Source: an uncultured Saprospirales bacterium (GTDB lineage Bacteria > Bacteroidota > Bacteroidia > Chitinophagales > CAJXBJ01). Taken from it: a DNA stretch of 52,355 nt. The notes under the pieces are model-generated. The model worked only from the letters and a program-made list of their open reading frames with translations, had not been told where the DNA came from and ran no database searches. The DNA lies in contig CAJXBJ010000003.1 of the NCBI GenBank assembly GCA_913050195.1, positions 1-52,355 on the forward strand, written 5' to 3'. Positions 27,801 to 35,668 of this stretch are shown here, one piece after another (the first letter of the stretch is position 1; each line of letters opens with the position of its first letter). Made by a program: the position numbers and the translations under genes.

Positions 27801-28493
27801 TTAATTGATGTTATATCAGGATTCGGAATATATAAGAAAATTATAGGCACAAGTGGCGCTTTGTTGGTTGAATTTACATCTGATGAATCATATCAAGCTC
27901 CTGGGTTTTTGGCGACATGGACAACTAAATCAGTCCAAAATGGTGGAGCTACAGCAGCACCTATTGCAGATTTTATTGCTTCAGCACAAAATATAAATGT
28001 TGGTGATAAGATAGACTTTTACGATTTATCTCAAAATACTCCATCAACCCACAGCTGGATTTTTGTAAATGGTTCAAATCCAATTTCATCAGTCAAAAAC
28101 CCAACAAACATTCAATACAACACTCCAGGTTGCTATGATGTTAGTTTAACAGTAACTAATAATTTTGGTGCAGATCAGACTACCAAAACCTGTTATATTA
28201 ATGTGAATGCGCTAGTTGGACTAGGGGAAGGAGAGGAATATCTTGAAAAAGACATTAAGGTCTTCCCAAATCCTACGAAAGGTAGATTTACAATTTATTT
28301 CAATCCAGAGAAAGACAAGGATAGTAAATTGCAAATAACAAACCTTTTAGGAGAGATTATTTATGAGCAAGTGATTTCTGATATGGAAGTCTTTGAAAAA
28401 GAATTTGATTTAAGTAAACATAGTCAAGGTATATATTTTGTAAATGTTAGTTCAGGAGATCAAATAATTTCAAAAAAACTTACTATAAATTAA
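24849..28493 (+). CDS. T9SS cargo protein with 8 tandem CUB domains, 1 PKD domain and a type-A CTD
   Basis: Eight units fit C-x-G-x(6-9)-G-x-(F/I)-x-DGSG-x(3-5)-Y-x(3-4)-C-(K/E/Y)-W-L-I-x-P...(I/V)-x-L-x-F..(D/E)-L-E-x-x-YD(Y/F)(V/I)-x-(V/I)-YDG....P-L(I/L)......G-x-x-(I/L)-P...S-x-G...L(V/I)-x-F-x-SD......G(F/W)-x-A-x-Y. A PKD domain follows at aa 1037-1119, and the CTD reads KVFPNPTKGRFTIYF..YFVNVSSG..KKLTIN. Confidence 0.85.
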   Translation: MNRISTNVNKKIHWSKRVNNLILLAMVTLGMMLSNEDIKAQTANHCFGTQIFTASQGQISDGSGPNISYGFNLDCKFLIKPSNAISVTLYPKVFDTELNYDRLRVYDGETINAPLIGEYSGNTIPSAINATQGSVLLHFISDNAISYDGFAIDYTSTPGPYCIGTKSITAATGTINDGSDNGANYDAYSNCKWLIEPANASSIDLIFTQMDVESGNDFVKVYDGDNVSAPMIAMLSGNSIIGNTISSTGGKMLVQFTSNASVNMDGWEADYTAKFTNNNGNNNAVPYCSGLTTLTNSNGSFDDGSGSTDYALNSNCKWLIQPVGAQHISLNFTEFDLEHSYDFVNIYKGSSTSDPLIASYTGNTIPSQINENTSALLVHFISDNLNNASGWKANYTAQNTPNNGGNTGNSNSGGSSPNFCSGQTVFSSANAVFDDGSGNNTNYQNNANCEWLIQPAGASQVTLEFNYIQLKGNDFVYIHDGNSFNSPVIASFNGYNTSSLPLPVVSGGEMLVRFVTNGSHTDYGFEAEYTSNSSSNNSGNANGAYCNAITTLTAANGVFEDGSGTDDYMPNTDCKWLIQPNNASSITLDFSWLELENDYDYIRVYDGNSTNDPLLAVYTGVMTSTLPLISTGGSMLIHFESDNIENWDGFAANWTSTQNNSGNNGGGANTPCSGLVNLSSSNGSFSDGSGANNYEPNADCKWLIQVSGATSIDLDFSSFDLEQSYDYVKVYDGTDANANLLASLTGNTIPATISSSGSSLFVHFTSDNLINKGGWEANYNANVNNGGGNGQYCSGQMTLTSPQGSIVDGSASSNYAPNSDCKWLISPANVYSITLSANQIDLENSYDYIKVYDGNTTNAPLLASWSGNTIPSNVTSTGGEMLVHFTSDHLINKSGFDLSYSTTSTPNNGIVNHGYCNDITSYNLPVGTFHDGSGVGADYLDSTHCYWLIQPNQADTIELTFISYDTEANYDFIRVYDGTTVSAPLIDVISGFGIYKKIIGTSGALLVEFTSDESYQAPGFLATWTTKSVQNGGATAAPIADFIASAQNINVGDKIDFYDLSQNTPSTHSWIFVNGSNPISSVKNPTNIQYNTPGCYDVSLTVTNNFGADQTTKTCYINVNALVGLGEGEEYLEKDIKVFPNPTKGRFTIYFNPEKDKDSKLQITNLLGEIIYEQVISDMEVFEKEFDLSKHSQGIYFVNVSSGDQIISKKLTIN
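24984..27926 (+). repeat. 8 x CUB-domain coding repeats (348-396 nt each) separated by Asn/Gly-rich linkers
   Basis: The first Cys of each unit falls at aa 46, 162, 288, 420, 546, 672, 793 and 916 of the ORF. Linkers include NNNGNNNAVP, NTPNNGGNTGNSNSGGSSPN and QNNSGNNGGGANTP. The repeats are diverged at the DNA level. Confidence 0.8.
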
Positions 28494-28518
28494 CAAAGCA
28501 ATCTTAATCTGCGATGAT

Positions 28519-28546
28519 AAGCGGCTCCTTTTGGGGCCGCTTTTTA
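28519..28546 (+). terminator. Rho-independent terminator after the CUB gene
   Basis: AAGCGGCTCC - TTTT - GGGGCCGCTT forms a 10-bp stem with one G:T pair and is followed by TTTTT. Confidence 0.75.
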
Positions 28547-28621
28547 TGGCTTCATCAGCAAAATAAGCTTATTCATCACTCTTATATTTTATAAACTAAT
28601 CCTTATGCATATATTCGTTGC

Positions 28622-31600
28622 ATGCGGTTATACAATATTATATTAATTTTTCTTTTTTCAATATCAATACAAGCGCAAGAGATTTGTAACAATTGTATTG
28701 ATGATGATGGTGATGGTTTGGTTGATTGTTATGATCCAGATTGTTGTGGGCAGAATTCCTGTAATATCAGTTTTATTTGCCAACCTGTGGGTGGAGGATT
28801 AAATCAACAGTGTGTAGTGGATAGTTTTCCTAATGTGCAGTTTCAAGTGCCAGTTTTATGGCAAAATGCAACGAGCATGGAAAATAGGAGAACAATAGTA
28901 GCCGGTGATATTGATAACGATGGTGAGACAGAAGCGGTTTTAGTTGGAGGAGTTAATGATGGGATGATAATTGTAAATGGCATAACAGGCCAGAATGAAC
29001 ATGTTCTAAATTTACCTCATATCAGCACTTTTTATGATTCGCCAGCCTTTGCTGATGTTGACCATGATGGTTATGCGGAAATTTATTTAGTAACTAGTTC
29101 AAGATTGTTAATGCGTTTTGAATATGATGGAGCAAATTGGTCTTGGTCAGATACAGTTAGCTCATCTTGGATAAGTCCTACAATAGGCTATTCTAATGGC
29201 TATGGAACAGCCTGGTCGCCCTCTTTGGCAGATTTTAATTACGATGGAATACCTGAGGTGATTGTTGGTAATCAGATATTCAATTCTTTAACAGGAGCAT
29301 TTATTTGTCAGGCCCCTAACGGACAATCTGGAAATTTAGCTATAAATAATGTGGGGGTATCAACATCTGCATCATTTCCAGTTGCAGCAGATGTCCTTCC
29401 AGATGGATTTTGTACAGATTGTCAAGGTTTGGAATATGTTGCAGGTAATGAGGTGTATTCAGTAGATATATTTACCAATACCATGACATTAGTATCTTCA
29501 ATTTCCGATAATATTATCTCTTCAAATGATGCAGACGGTATGACAAGTGTGGCAGATTTTAATGGGGATGGATTGCTCGATATTATTGTAAATGGTCAAG
29601 GTGGATGGATTTATGTTTGGGATCCACGATTGCAAGCAACCATTAATGGGGCTCCATATAAGATATCCGCAAATACCTCAGCGGGAGGTCACCCTAGTGT
29701 GGCAGATTTTGATAATGATAACAAACTTGAAATTGGTGTTGCAGGAAAAAATATATTTATTGTTCTAGAAAATGATTTGAGCTTAAAGTGGTCAATAGCT
29801 GTTAATGATCCTTCTGGTATGACTTCAGCTTCAGTATTTGATTTTGATAATGATGGGTCATCAGATGTAGTGTATGTCGATGAACAGAACTTAAGAGTAA
29901 TGGATGGAAAAACAGGGCAGATTAAAGCGTTAGAATCATGCGGGAATGCAACTAGAACTAACTATCCAACTGTGGTTGATGTTAATGGGGATGGTGAGGC
30001 TAATATTTTATGTATGTGTGCAAATACAAACGGAGGAGCTAACGGTAACATGAAAGCTTTTAGTAGTGCCAATATTCCATGGGTTGCTAGCAGAAGAATT
30101 ATGAACCAGCATTCCTTTTTTAATGTGAACATAGAGGATGATATGACTATATGTGCCCAACAACAAGATCATGGAAAGATTGATGCCTTAAATATGTTTC
30201 TTTCTCAATCCCCACTCTATGATGGAAATGGTAACGTAATGCCTCTTGCAGCATCAGACCTTATTGTTAATATTGATTCCCTTGGCAGTATGTGTAATGA
30301 TAGTATAGAAGTCTTTATGACAATTTGTAATCAAGGAATATCAACAATGCCTGGAGGCTTTCCAATTAGTTTTTATAATGGTGATCCAAAAATATCAGGT
30401 AGCAAGATTAAGGATGTCAAATTCAGCAATAATGTGGATACAATAAATTGTGAAACCTTTAGTCAAAAAGTTTTTGTTCAATCAAGCTTTGATTTATATG
30501 TATATGTAAATGATTCTGGTTTGGTACTAAACAATGTTCCTAATATTAAAATTTTGGAATGTGATACAACTAACAATTGGGCGAATACACCAATTAATTA
30601 TCAATCAGCCTATTTATCCTTTATAACTGACGATGTTTTATGTAATGGTGAGCAGAATGGTCAAATTGAAGTTAATGCTAATCTTTTTGATGCACAGGAA
30701 TACATTATAAATGGTGGATCAAATCAGATAACAAATGTCTTTGATAATTTAAATGGTGGAAATTACTTTATTCAGGCTATAAATAGTTGTTCTGATACGA
30801 TTGGTGATTGGGTTAGTATAAATGAACCTGCAGCACTAGAAATTGACTTAGATAGCATTGATGTGTCCTGTTATGGAGATTCTAGTGGACGAGTTTTTGG
30901 AAATGCTCTAGGAGGAGTTAAGATGTATACATGGACATGGTCTAGTGGTCAAAATTTAAACGATAGTACATTAATTAACCTTACTGCAGGTATTTATAGT
31001 GCAACCATAACAGATCAAAATAATTGTACAGCTGTAAAAACAATTAATGTTAATCAACCACAAGCGCAATTAAACACTATTCTGGATACTATTCACTTAA
31101 ATTGTTTTGGAGAACAAAATGGCAAAGCTTGGGTAACAGCAAGTGGGGGAACATCTCCTTATGTATATAGCTGGTCTGGTGGTACAGCATTAGGTGCTGA
31201 TACTATAGTTAGTCTTTCGGCAGGATCTTATACACTTAGTGTTACAGATTTTAACTTATGTAGTAAGGTGCATACTTTTGATGTGACTTCACCCCCTGCA
31301 TTAAATCTAAATCTTGATACAATATCTTATGAATATTGTGGAGGCAATAATGGACTGATTGGTGTTGCTGGTGTTGGTGGAATAGCGCCATATGATTTTA
31401 CTTGGTCAAATGGTCAAGCTAATTCAGGCTTATTTGTTGATACTATTAAGCAATTGGATTCAGCGTACTATTCCGTAACCGTTCAGGATGCTAATGGCTG
31501 TAACTTTATAAATATGTATATGATAGATAGCATTGGTCTACCTGAGTTTGAAATTAATTATTTAGACAGTTGTGAGAATGCTATAATTGATTTCAACGTA

Positions 31601-32545
31601 AATGTATTGCAGGGAAATAATTTGCAATACTATTGGGATATGGGAGATGGTTTCTCATATATGCAAGCAAATCCTTCACATACATATTTAGGAGATGGAG
31701 CTTATGTAGTTTCTCTAACCGTAATAGATGAGAATCAATGTGATGTCACAGAGACAAAGGTTTTACAAATATATCAGCAACCCATAGCTGATTTTGAGAT
31801 AGATACAAATTGGGCATGCGATTCAACAATAGTTTATTGCAATAACATAGGCACATACAGTACTAGCTCAACATTTTATTGGGATTTTGGTAATGGAAAT
31901 AGTCAGCAAGAGAATCCAAGTTATACTTTTAATCAAGTAGGAGAGCATAGTATTTCTTTAGAAGTAACTAATGAATATGGTTGTAAGGATGTATTGGAAC
32001 TTACGGATACTATTTCTATATACGCTTCGCCTGATGCAGCATTTTTTTCGCCTAATAATAATCCGATCTATGTTAATGACCAGATTTCATTTGTTGATCT
32101 TTCGTCAACGGTTAATCAATGGTATTGGGATTTTGGTGATGGAGAGTATTCAACAGATCAAAACCCATTTAAATCATATAATGAGGCAGCAACTTATGAG
32201 GTCAAATTAGTTATAGTGGATGAAAATACTTGTCAAGATAGTACGCTTCAAAGCTTTGATGTATTTCCATATAGCAGCTACTATATACCGAATGCTTTTT
32301 CTCCAAATGGTGATGGGGAAAATGATGTATTATATTTAAGAGGTATGGAGATTGCTGAGCTTGATTTTAAAGTTTTTAATCGTTGGGGCGAAGTGGTTTT
32401 TGAAACTTCAGACATTAATATTGGTTGGGATGGAGCTTATAATAGTGAGCCTCTTGATGCTGATGTGTTTGTATATACTCTAGGTTTAAAGTATGCTAGT
32501 GGAGTAGAGGATTTTGCTAGAGGAAATATTACGTTAGTACGTTAA
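28622..32545 (+). CDS. Giant gliding-type surface protein: Cys-rich N-terminal module, 7 FG-GAP/VCBS blades (integrin-alpha-like propeller), SprB-type repeats, 3 PKD domains and a type-B T9SS (gliding motility-associated, CHU_C) C-terminal domain
   Basis: Signal peptide MRLYNIILIFLFSISIQAQ, then EICNNCIDDDGDGLVDCYDPDCCG. There are seven DxDxDG blades. SprB-like repeats read CNGEQNGQI, CYGDSSGRV..YTWTWSSGQ, CFGEQNGKA..YVYSWSGG and CGGNNGLI..YDFTWSNGQ. PKD motifs are WDMGDG, WDFGNG and WDFGDG. The C-terminus reads YIPNAFSPNGDGENDVLYLRG..FKVFNRWGEVVFE..GWDG..GNITLVR. Confidence 0.88.
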   Translation: MRLYNIILIFLFSISIQAQEICNNCIDDDGDGLVDCYDPDCCGQNSCNISFICQPVGGGLNQQCVVDSFPNVQFQVPVLWQNATSMENRRTIVAGDIDNDGETEAVLVGGVNDGMIIVNGITGQNEHVLNLPHISTFYDSPAFADVDHDGYAEIYLVTSSRLLMRFEYDGANWSWSDTVSSSWISPTIGYSNGYGTAWSPSLADFNYDGIPEVIVGNQIFNSLTGAFICQAPNGQSGNLAINNVGVSTSASFPVAADVLPDGFCTDCQGLEYVAGNEVYSVDIFTNTMTLVSSISDNIISSNDADGMTSVADFNGDGLLDIIVNGQGGWIYVWDPRLQATINGAPYKISANTSAGGHPSVADFDNDNKLEIGVAGKNIFIVLENDLSLKWSIAVNDPSGMTSASVFDFDNDGSSDVVYVDEQNLRVMDGKTGQIKALESCGNATRTNYPTVVDVNGDGEANILCMCANTNGGANGNMKAFSSANIPWVASRRIMNQHSFFNVNIEDDMTICAQQQDHGKIDALNMFLSQSPLYDGNGNVMPLAASDLIVNIDSLGSMCNDSIEVFMTICNQGISTMPGGFPISFYNGDPKISGSKIKDVKFSNNVDTINCETFSQKVFVQSSFDLYVYVNDSGLVLNNVPNIKILECDTTNNWANTPINYQSAYLSFITDDVLCNGEQNGQIEVNANLFDAQEYIINGGSNQITNVFDNLNGGNYFIQAINSCSDTIGDWVSINEPAALEIDLDSIDVSCYGDSSGRVFGNALGGVKMYTWTWSSGQNLNDSTLINLTAGIYSATITDQNNCTAVKTINVNQPQAQLNTILDTIHLNCFGEQNGKAWVTASGGTSPYVYSWSGGTALGADTIVSLSAGSYTLSVTDFNLCSKVHTFDVTSPPALNLNLDTISYEYCGGNNGLIGVAGVGGIAPYDFTWSNGQANSGLFVDTIKQLDSAYYSVTVQDANGCNFINMYMIDSIGLPEFEINYLDSCENAIIDFNVNVLQGNNLQYYWDMGDGFSYMQANPSHTYLGDGAYVVSLTVIDENQCDVTETKVLQIYQQPIADFEIDTNWACDSTIVYCNNIGTYSTSSTFYWDFGNGNSQQENPSYTFNQVGEHSISLEVTNEYGCKDVLELTDTISIYASPDAAFFSPNNNPIYVNDQISFVDLSSTVNQWYWDFGDGEYSTDQNPFKSYNEAATYEVKLVIVDENTCQDSTLQSFDVFPYSSYYIPNAFSPNGDGENDVLYLRGMEIAELDFKVFNRWGEVVFETSDINIGWDGAYNSEPLDADVFVYTLGLKYASGVEDFARGNITLVR
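28889..30121 (+). repeat. Seven FG-GAP / Ca-binding DxDxDG repeats (predicted 7-bladed beta-propeller)
   Basis: The blades read AGDIDNDGETEAVLVG, FADVDHDGYAEIYLV, LADFNYDGIPEVIVG, VADFNGDGLLDIIVNG, VADFDNDNKLEIGVAG, VFDFDNDGSSDVVYVD and VVDVNGDGEANILCM. Confidence 0.75.
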
Positions 32546-33393
32546 TTATCTATTTCTCTTTTTATGGTATCAAAAGAAGCTACAATACTTCGACTAGGTT
32601 TTATTATTTTTTCATCTTTATTTTCATAGGGTACTTGATTTAAGACATACTTAATGCTTTGTATTCTTGCTTTCTTTTTATTGTTTGCCTTTACAATTAC
32701 CCAAGGGTTAAAGTTAGTATTCGTTTTTTCAAACATTAGTCTTTTGTATTTAGTATAATCATCCCATAGGCTTTGTGCTTTAAGGTCAACAGCACCTAAT
32801 TTCCATTGCTTTAAAGGATCATTTTTTCTTGCATTAAGACGTTTTTCTTGTTCTTCTTTTGATATAGAGAACCAAAACTTAATCATCATTATTTCATCAC
32901 TATAAAGCATTTCTTCAAATGCATTTACTTGTTTCATGAATAAATGATACTCTTCTTCAGTGCAAAATCCATTAACAGGTTCTACAACTGCTCGATTGTA
33001 CCAGCTTCTATCAAAAAAGGCAATTTCTCCTTCATTTGGAAGATGGGGTACATAGCGTTGAAAATACCATTGACCAACTTCAATATCAGATGGCTTAGGA
33101 AGAGCTATTACATTTGAGGACCTTGGGCTAAGGTGCTGAATGAATCGCCGAATAGCTCCACCCTTGCCAGCGGCATCCCTTCCTTCAAAGATAATTGCCA
33201 ATCTTTTATTATTGGCAATTATCCAGTTTTGCATTTTGTTAAGTTCTACTTGTAATGCCCGAAGCTCATTTTCATAATCTAAAAGTTCAATTATTTTTTT
33301 TGGATTACGGTGTTTTGATCTTAAATAATAGATCAAACCTTTTTTTGAATTGATTTTTTCCAATTCTTTTTCTGATAAATAGGAATTATCCAT
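32542..33393 (-). CDS. ppk2: Polyphosphate kinase 2 (single-domain PPK2)
   Basis: IFEGRDAAGKGGAIRR (Walker A), the FDRSWYNRA block and the lid region; 283 aa. The stop shares the TTAA at 32542-32545 with the convergent adhesin gene. Confidence 0.88.
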   Translation of the reverse strand: MDNSYLSEKELEKINSKKGLIYYLRSKHRNPKKIIELLDYENELRALQVELNKMQNWIIANNKRLAIIFEGRDAAGKGGAIRRFIQHLSPRSSNVIALPKPSDIEVGQWYFQRYVPHLPNEGEIAFFDRSWYNRAVVEPVNGFCTEEEYHLFMKQVNAFEEMLYSDEIMMIKFWFSISKEEQEKRLNARKNDPLKQWKLGAVDLKAQSLWDDYTKYKRLMFEKTNTNFNPWVIVKANNKKKARIQSIKYVLNQVPYENKDEKIIKPSRSIVASFDTIKREIDN

Positions 33394-33395
33394 TT

Positions 33396-33824
33396 TTAAA
33401 ATAGATCTTTTATTTTGTCTAATAGATTTTTGTTTTCCCTATTATGATGAGCCTCTGGATTTACAAATGGTCCTTCTTCATATAAATGTGGGTTTAACAT
33501 CTGCCAGATACGGCTCCATCCTAAGAATCCACCTATATTTCGATCGTCAATAAAGACATCAGCATCTAATTTTCTACTCATTTGATTGCCATCATATAAT
33601 TCATCTGGGTCAGATTGATTTACTGCATAGAATTCAATTCCATTTTTTCTGCAATATTCTACAGCTTCATCTAATTCAGGACCATGTCTATAAGTCCAAA
33701 GAATAAGTTTATGGCCTTGTTTTTCCAATTCTTTTAAAGTGGCAAAAGCAAAGCTCATTTCTTTTCCAATTTTGGGGTAGGCGTGCTCTACAATTGTCCC
33801 GTCAAAGTCAACGGCAATTTTCAT
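33396..33824 (-). CDS. Small HAD-like hydrolase-fold protein, function unknown
   Basis: MKIAVDFDGTIV carries the DxDxT motif I and ..VFIDDR.. is a motif-IV-like acidic block; 142 aa. It lies 2 nt upstream of ppk2 on the same strand. Confidence 0.55.
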   Translation of the reverse strand: MKIAVDFDGTIVEHAYPKIGKEMSFAFATLKELEKQGHKLILWTYRHGPELDEAVEYCRKNGIEFYAVNQSDPDELYDGNQMSRKLDADVFIDDRNIGGFLGWSRIWQMLNPHLYEEGPFVNPEAHHNRENKNLLDKIKDLF

Positions 33825-33919
33825 TTAATCTTATTTAAAGATAAAGTATTGATTTGTATTGTTAATTTAGTAAAGAAAAATGAAATAAGCCTTACTTTAG
33901 CAAATACAAAATACAAATA

Positions 33920-34765
33920 ATGATGAAAGGATTTTCAATAATTACATTTATACTAATACTTTTTAGTTTTACTTCTTGTGAAAATACTGAGCAGCCAATT
34001 CAAGAAAGTGTAACTTCAGATAAAAGTGAAGGACTTGACGAAACAGCCTCTCTTATTCAGTGGAAGTACGATATGATTTTAGTAAATCATATTAAAGCTC
34101 CTGTGGAATTCTTGACGGCAAATACTTTTGATAAAAGTAAATTTAAAGAAGGTCTTACCAATGCTGTTTCTAATGTAGATGCATATAATAATAACGATAG
34201 TAAAAGTATTAATCTTGGTGTCTATGGTGCAGATTTAGGTTATTTATCAGCGTATGAGCAGAATCAAGAATTGATTAATTACTTTTTAACAGTTAAGCAG
34301 CTTTCTGAGGATTTGTCTATTCCAGTTTTTAACGCGGAAACTATGGAACAGTTTGAGTCAGCAAAATCAGAAGAAGGTAAAATGATTGACTTAATTTATA
34401 AGAAGTATGAAGAAATGGATGTTTTTTTAGTGGAAAATGAAAGATTTGAAACTTTGACATTGATTACTTGTGGTGCCTTTATTGAAGGATTAAAGTTAGG
34501 CTTGCACATTGTAATTACTGAAGATATGACGGACGAGTCTAAATTTTTAATGCAGCAAAAAGCACTGTTAGCTAACCTATTAGATATAGTTAAAGATTTC
34601 GAGGGTAAAAATGAAGCTTTATCTGAGGTTCAATCTAGTTTTGAGGATTTGACAGTTAAATTTGACGCCATTGATTTTGATAAGGCAATGGAAGGCGAAA
34701 AAATTAACTCCTTAGGAGAATCTTTAAGTGCTTTTAGCGTTGAATTAAGTCAACCTAAAATATAA
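33920..34765 (+). CDS. Hypothetical lipoprotein, predicted helical, no family recognised
   Basis: Signal peptide plus lipobox, MMKGFSIITFILILFSFTSC; 281 aa. Confidence 0.6.
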   Translation: MMKGFSIITFILILFSFTSCENTEQPIQESVTSDKSEGLDETASLIQWKYDMILVNHIKAPVEFLTANTFDKSKFKEGLTNAVSNVDAYNNNDSKSINLGVYGADLGYLSAYEQNQELINYFLTVKQLSEDLSIPVFNAETMEQFESAKSEEGKMIDLIYKKYEEMDVFLVENERFETLTLITCGAFIEGLKLGLHIVITEDMTDESKFLMQQKALLANLLDIVKDFEGKNEALSEVQSSFEDLTVKFDAIDFDKAMEGEKINSLGESLSAFSVELSQPKI

Positions 34766-34787
34766 TTAATGTCTTATAAATAATTTG

Positions 34788-34812
34788 AAGCCAGCAGATG
34801 CTGGCTTTTTTT
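34788..34812 (+). terminator. Rho-independent terminator
   Basis: AAGCCAGC - AGAT - GCTGGCTT is followed by TTTTT. Confidence 0.75.
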
Positions 34813-34923
34813 ATGTCTAATAAATGCTGTTTTATCAGATTATAAAAGGTGTTTATCAGAATACACTTTAGGTTATGAGAAATGAGAAATATTTTGCGTG
34901 TAATAACGTAAAAATCAGAACTC

Positions 34924-35592
34924 ATGAAAAACAATAAATACTTCATTTTAAGCCTATTATTCTTTTTGTTTATTCAGCTAAGTGCTCAAGAAAGTGAGAA
35001 TTTTAGTGAGCCTCTTAAAAAAGATACTTTGGAGGAATGTGACTTTTTTAAGAAAATCCCTTTGCATGTGGGTTTGGATTTAAAAAGTTTTGGACATTAT
35101 GAATTCTCTTATTTACAAGAAAAACATTTAGCCACTTATTTTAAAATAGGGATTTTGAAGATAAGTGCTGAAAGAAATGCTTTTTTGAATTTTGAAGCAG
35201 TTAATAAAGAGGTTGTTATGGATCATTTAATTCATAAGAATATTATAATTGGTCTTGAGCCGAGTTATATATTTAAGTCTCGAATGGGAAGGCATGTTTT
35301 GGGATTACACTTTGGTTTATTTAAAATTTATCAAAAACGTATCAATCGAATAGAAAAGCATTGTAATGATTTTTCTGAAGAATTTTTCTTAGTACTTAAT
35401 GAAACAAGAGATTCTAAAAATGGATATTCGATGCTTTGGGGAATGGATGTCTTTCTTACAAAAAAAATTAGTTTGGGACTTGACTATAGACAAGATTTCT
35501 TTAAAAATGAATTTCATAATAAAAATCAAGTCTATGCAAACCAATCATTCATAAATGGTCGCATAAATACAAAAATACAATACTCATTTTAA
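34924..35592 (+). CDS. Hypothetical outer-membrane beta-barrel protein
   Basis: Signal peptide MKNNKYFILSLLFFLFIQLSAQ, alternating beta pattern and a C-terminal ..KIQYSF (terminal Phe beta-signal). Confidence 0.6.
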   Translation: MKNNKYFILSLLFFLFIQLSAQESENFSEPLKKDTLEECDFFKKIPLHVGLDLKSFGHYEFSYLQEKHLATYFKIGILKISAERNAFLNFEAVNKEVVMDHLIHKNIIIGLEPSYIFKSRMGRHVLGLHFGLFKIYQKRINRIEKHCNDFSEEFFLVLNETRDSKNGYSMLWGMDVFLTKKISLGLDYRQDFFKNEFHNKNQVYANQSFINGRINTKIQYSF

Positions 35593-35610
35593 CATAGTTT
35601 GATTTTAGTT

Positions 35611-35644
35611 AACAAGGCCTGCTCTTTTTAGGGCAGGCCTTGTT
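35611..35644. terminator. Bidirectional hairpin between convergent genes
   Basis: Perfect 12-bp stem: AACAAGGCCTGC (35611-35622) pairs with GCAGGCCTTGTT (35633-35644), with a 10-nt loop. Confidence 0.7.
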
Positions 35645-35668
35645 ATTTATATAAACTATAGTTGTTTA

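Noticed and set aside
33825-33919. A 9-bp inverted repeat (ATTTGTATT / AATACAAAT) and an AAATAC tandem in the divergent region between the HAD-like gene and the lipoprotein gene
   Set aside because: The sequence is very AT-rich and short, so such matches are expected by chance. I have no supporting context.
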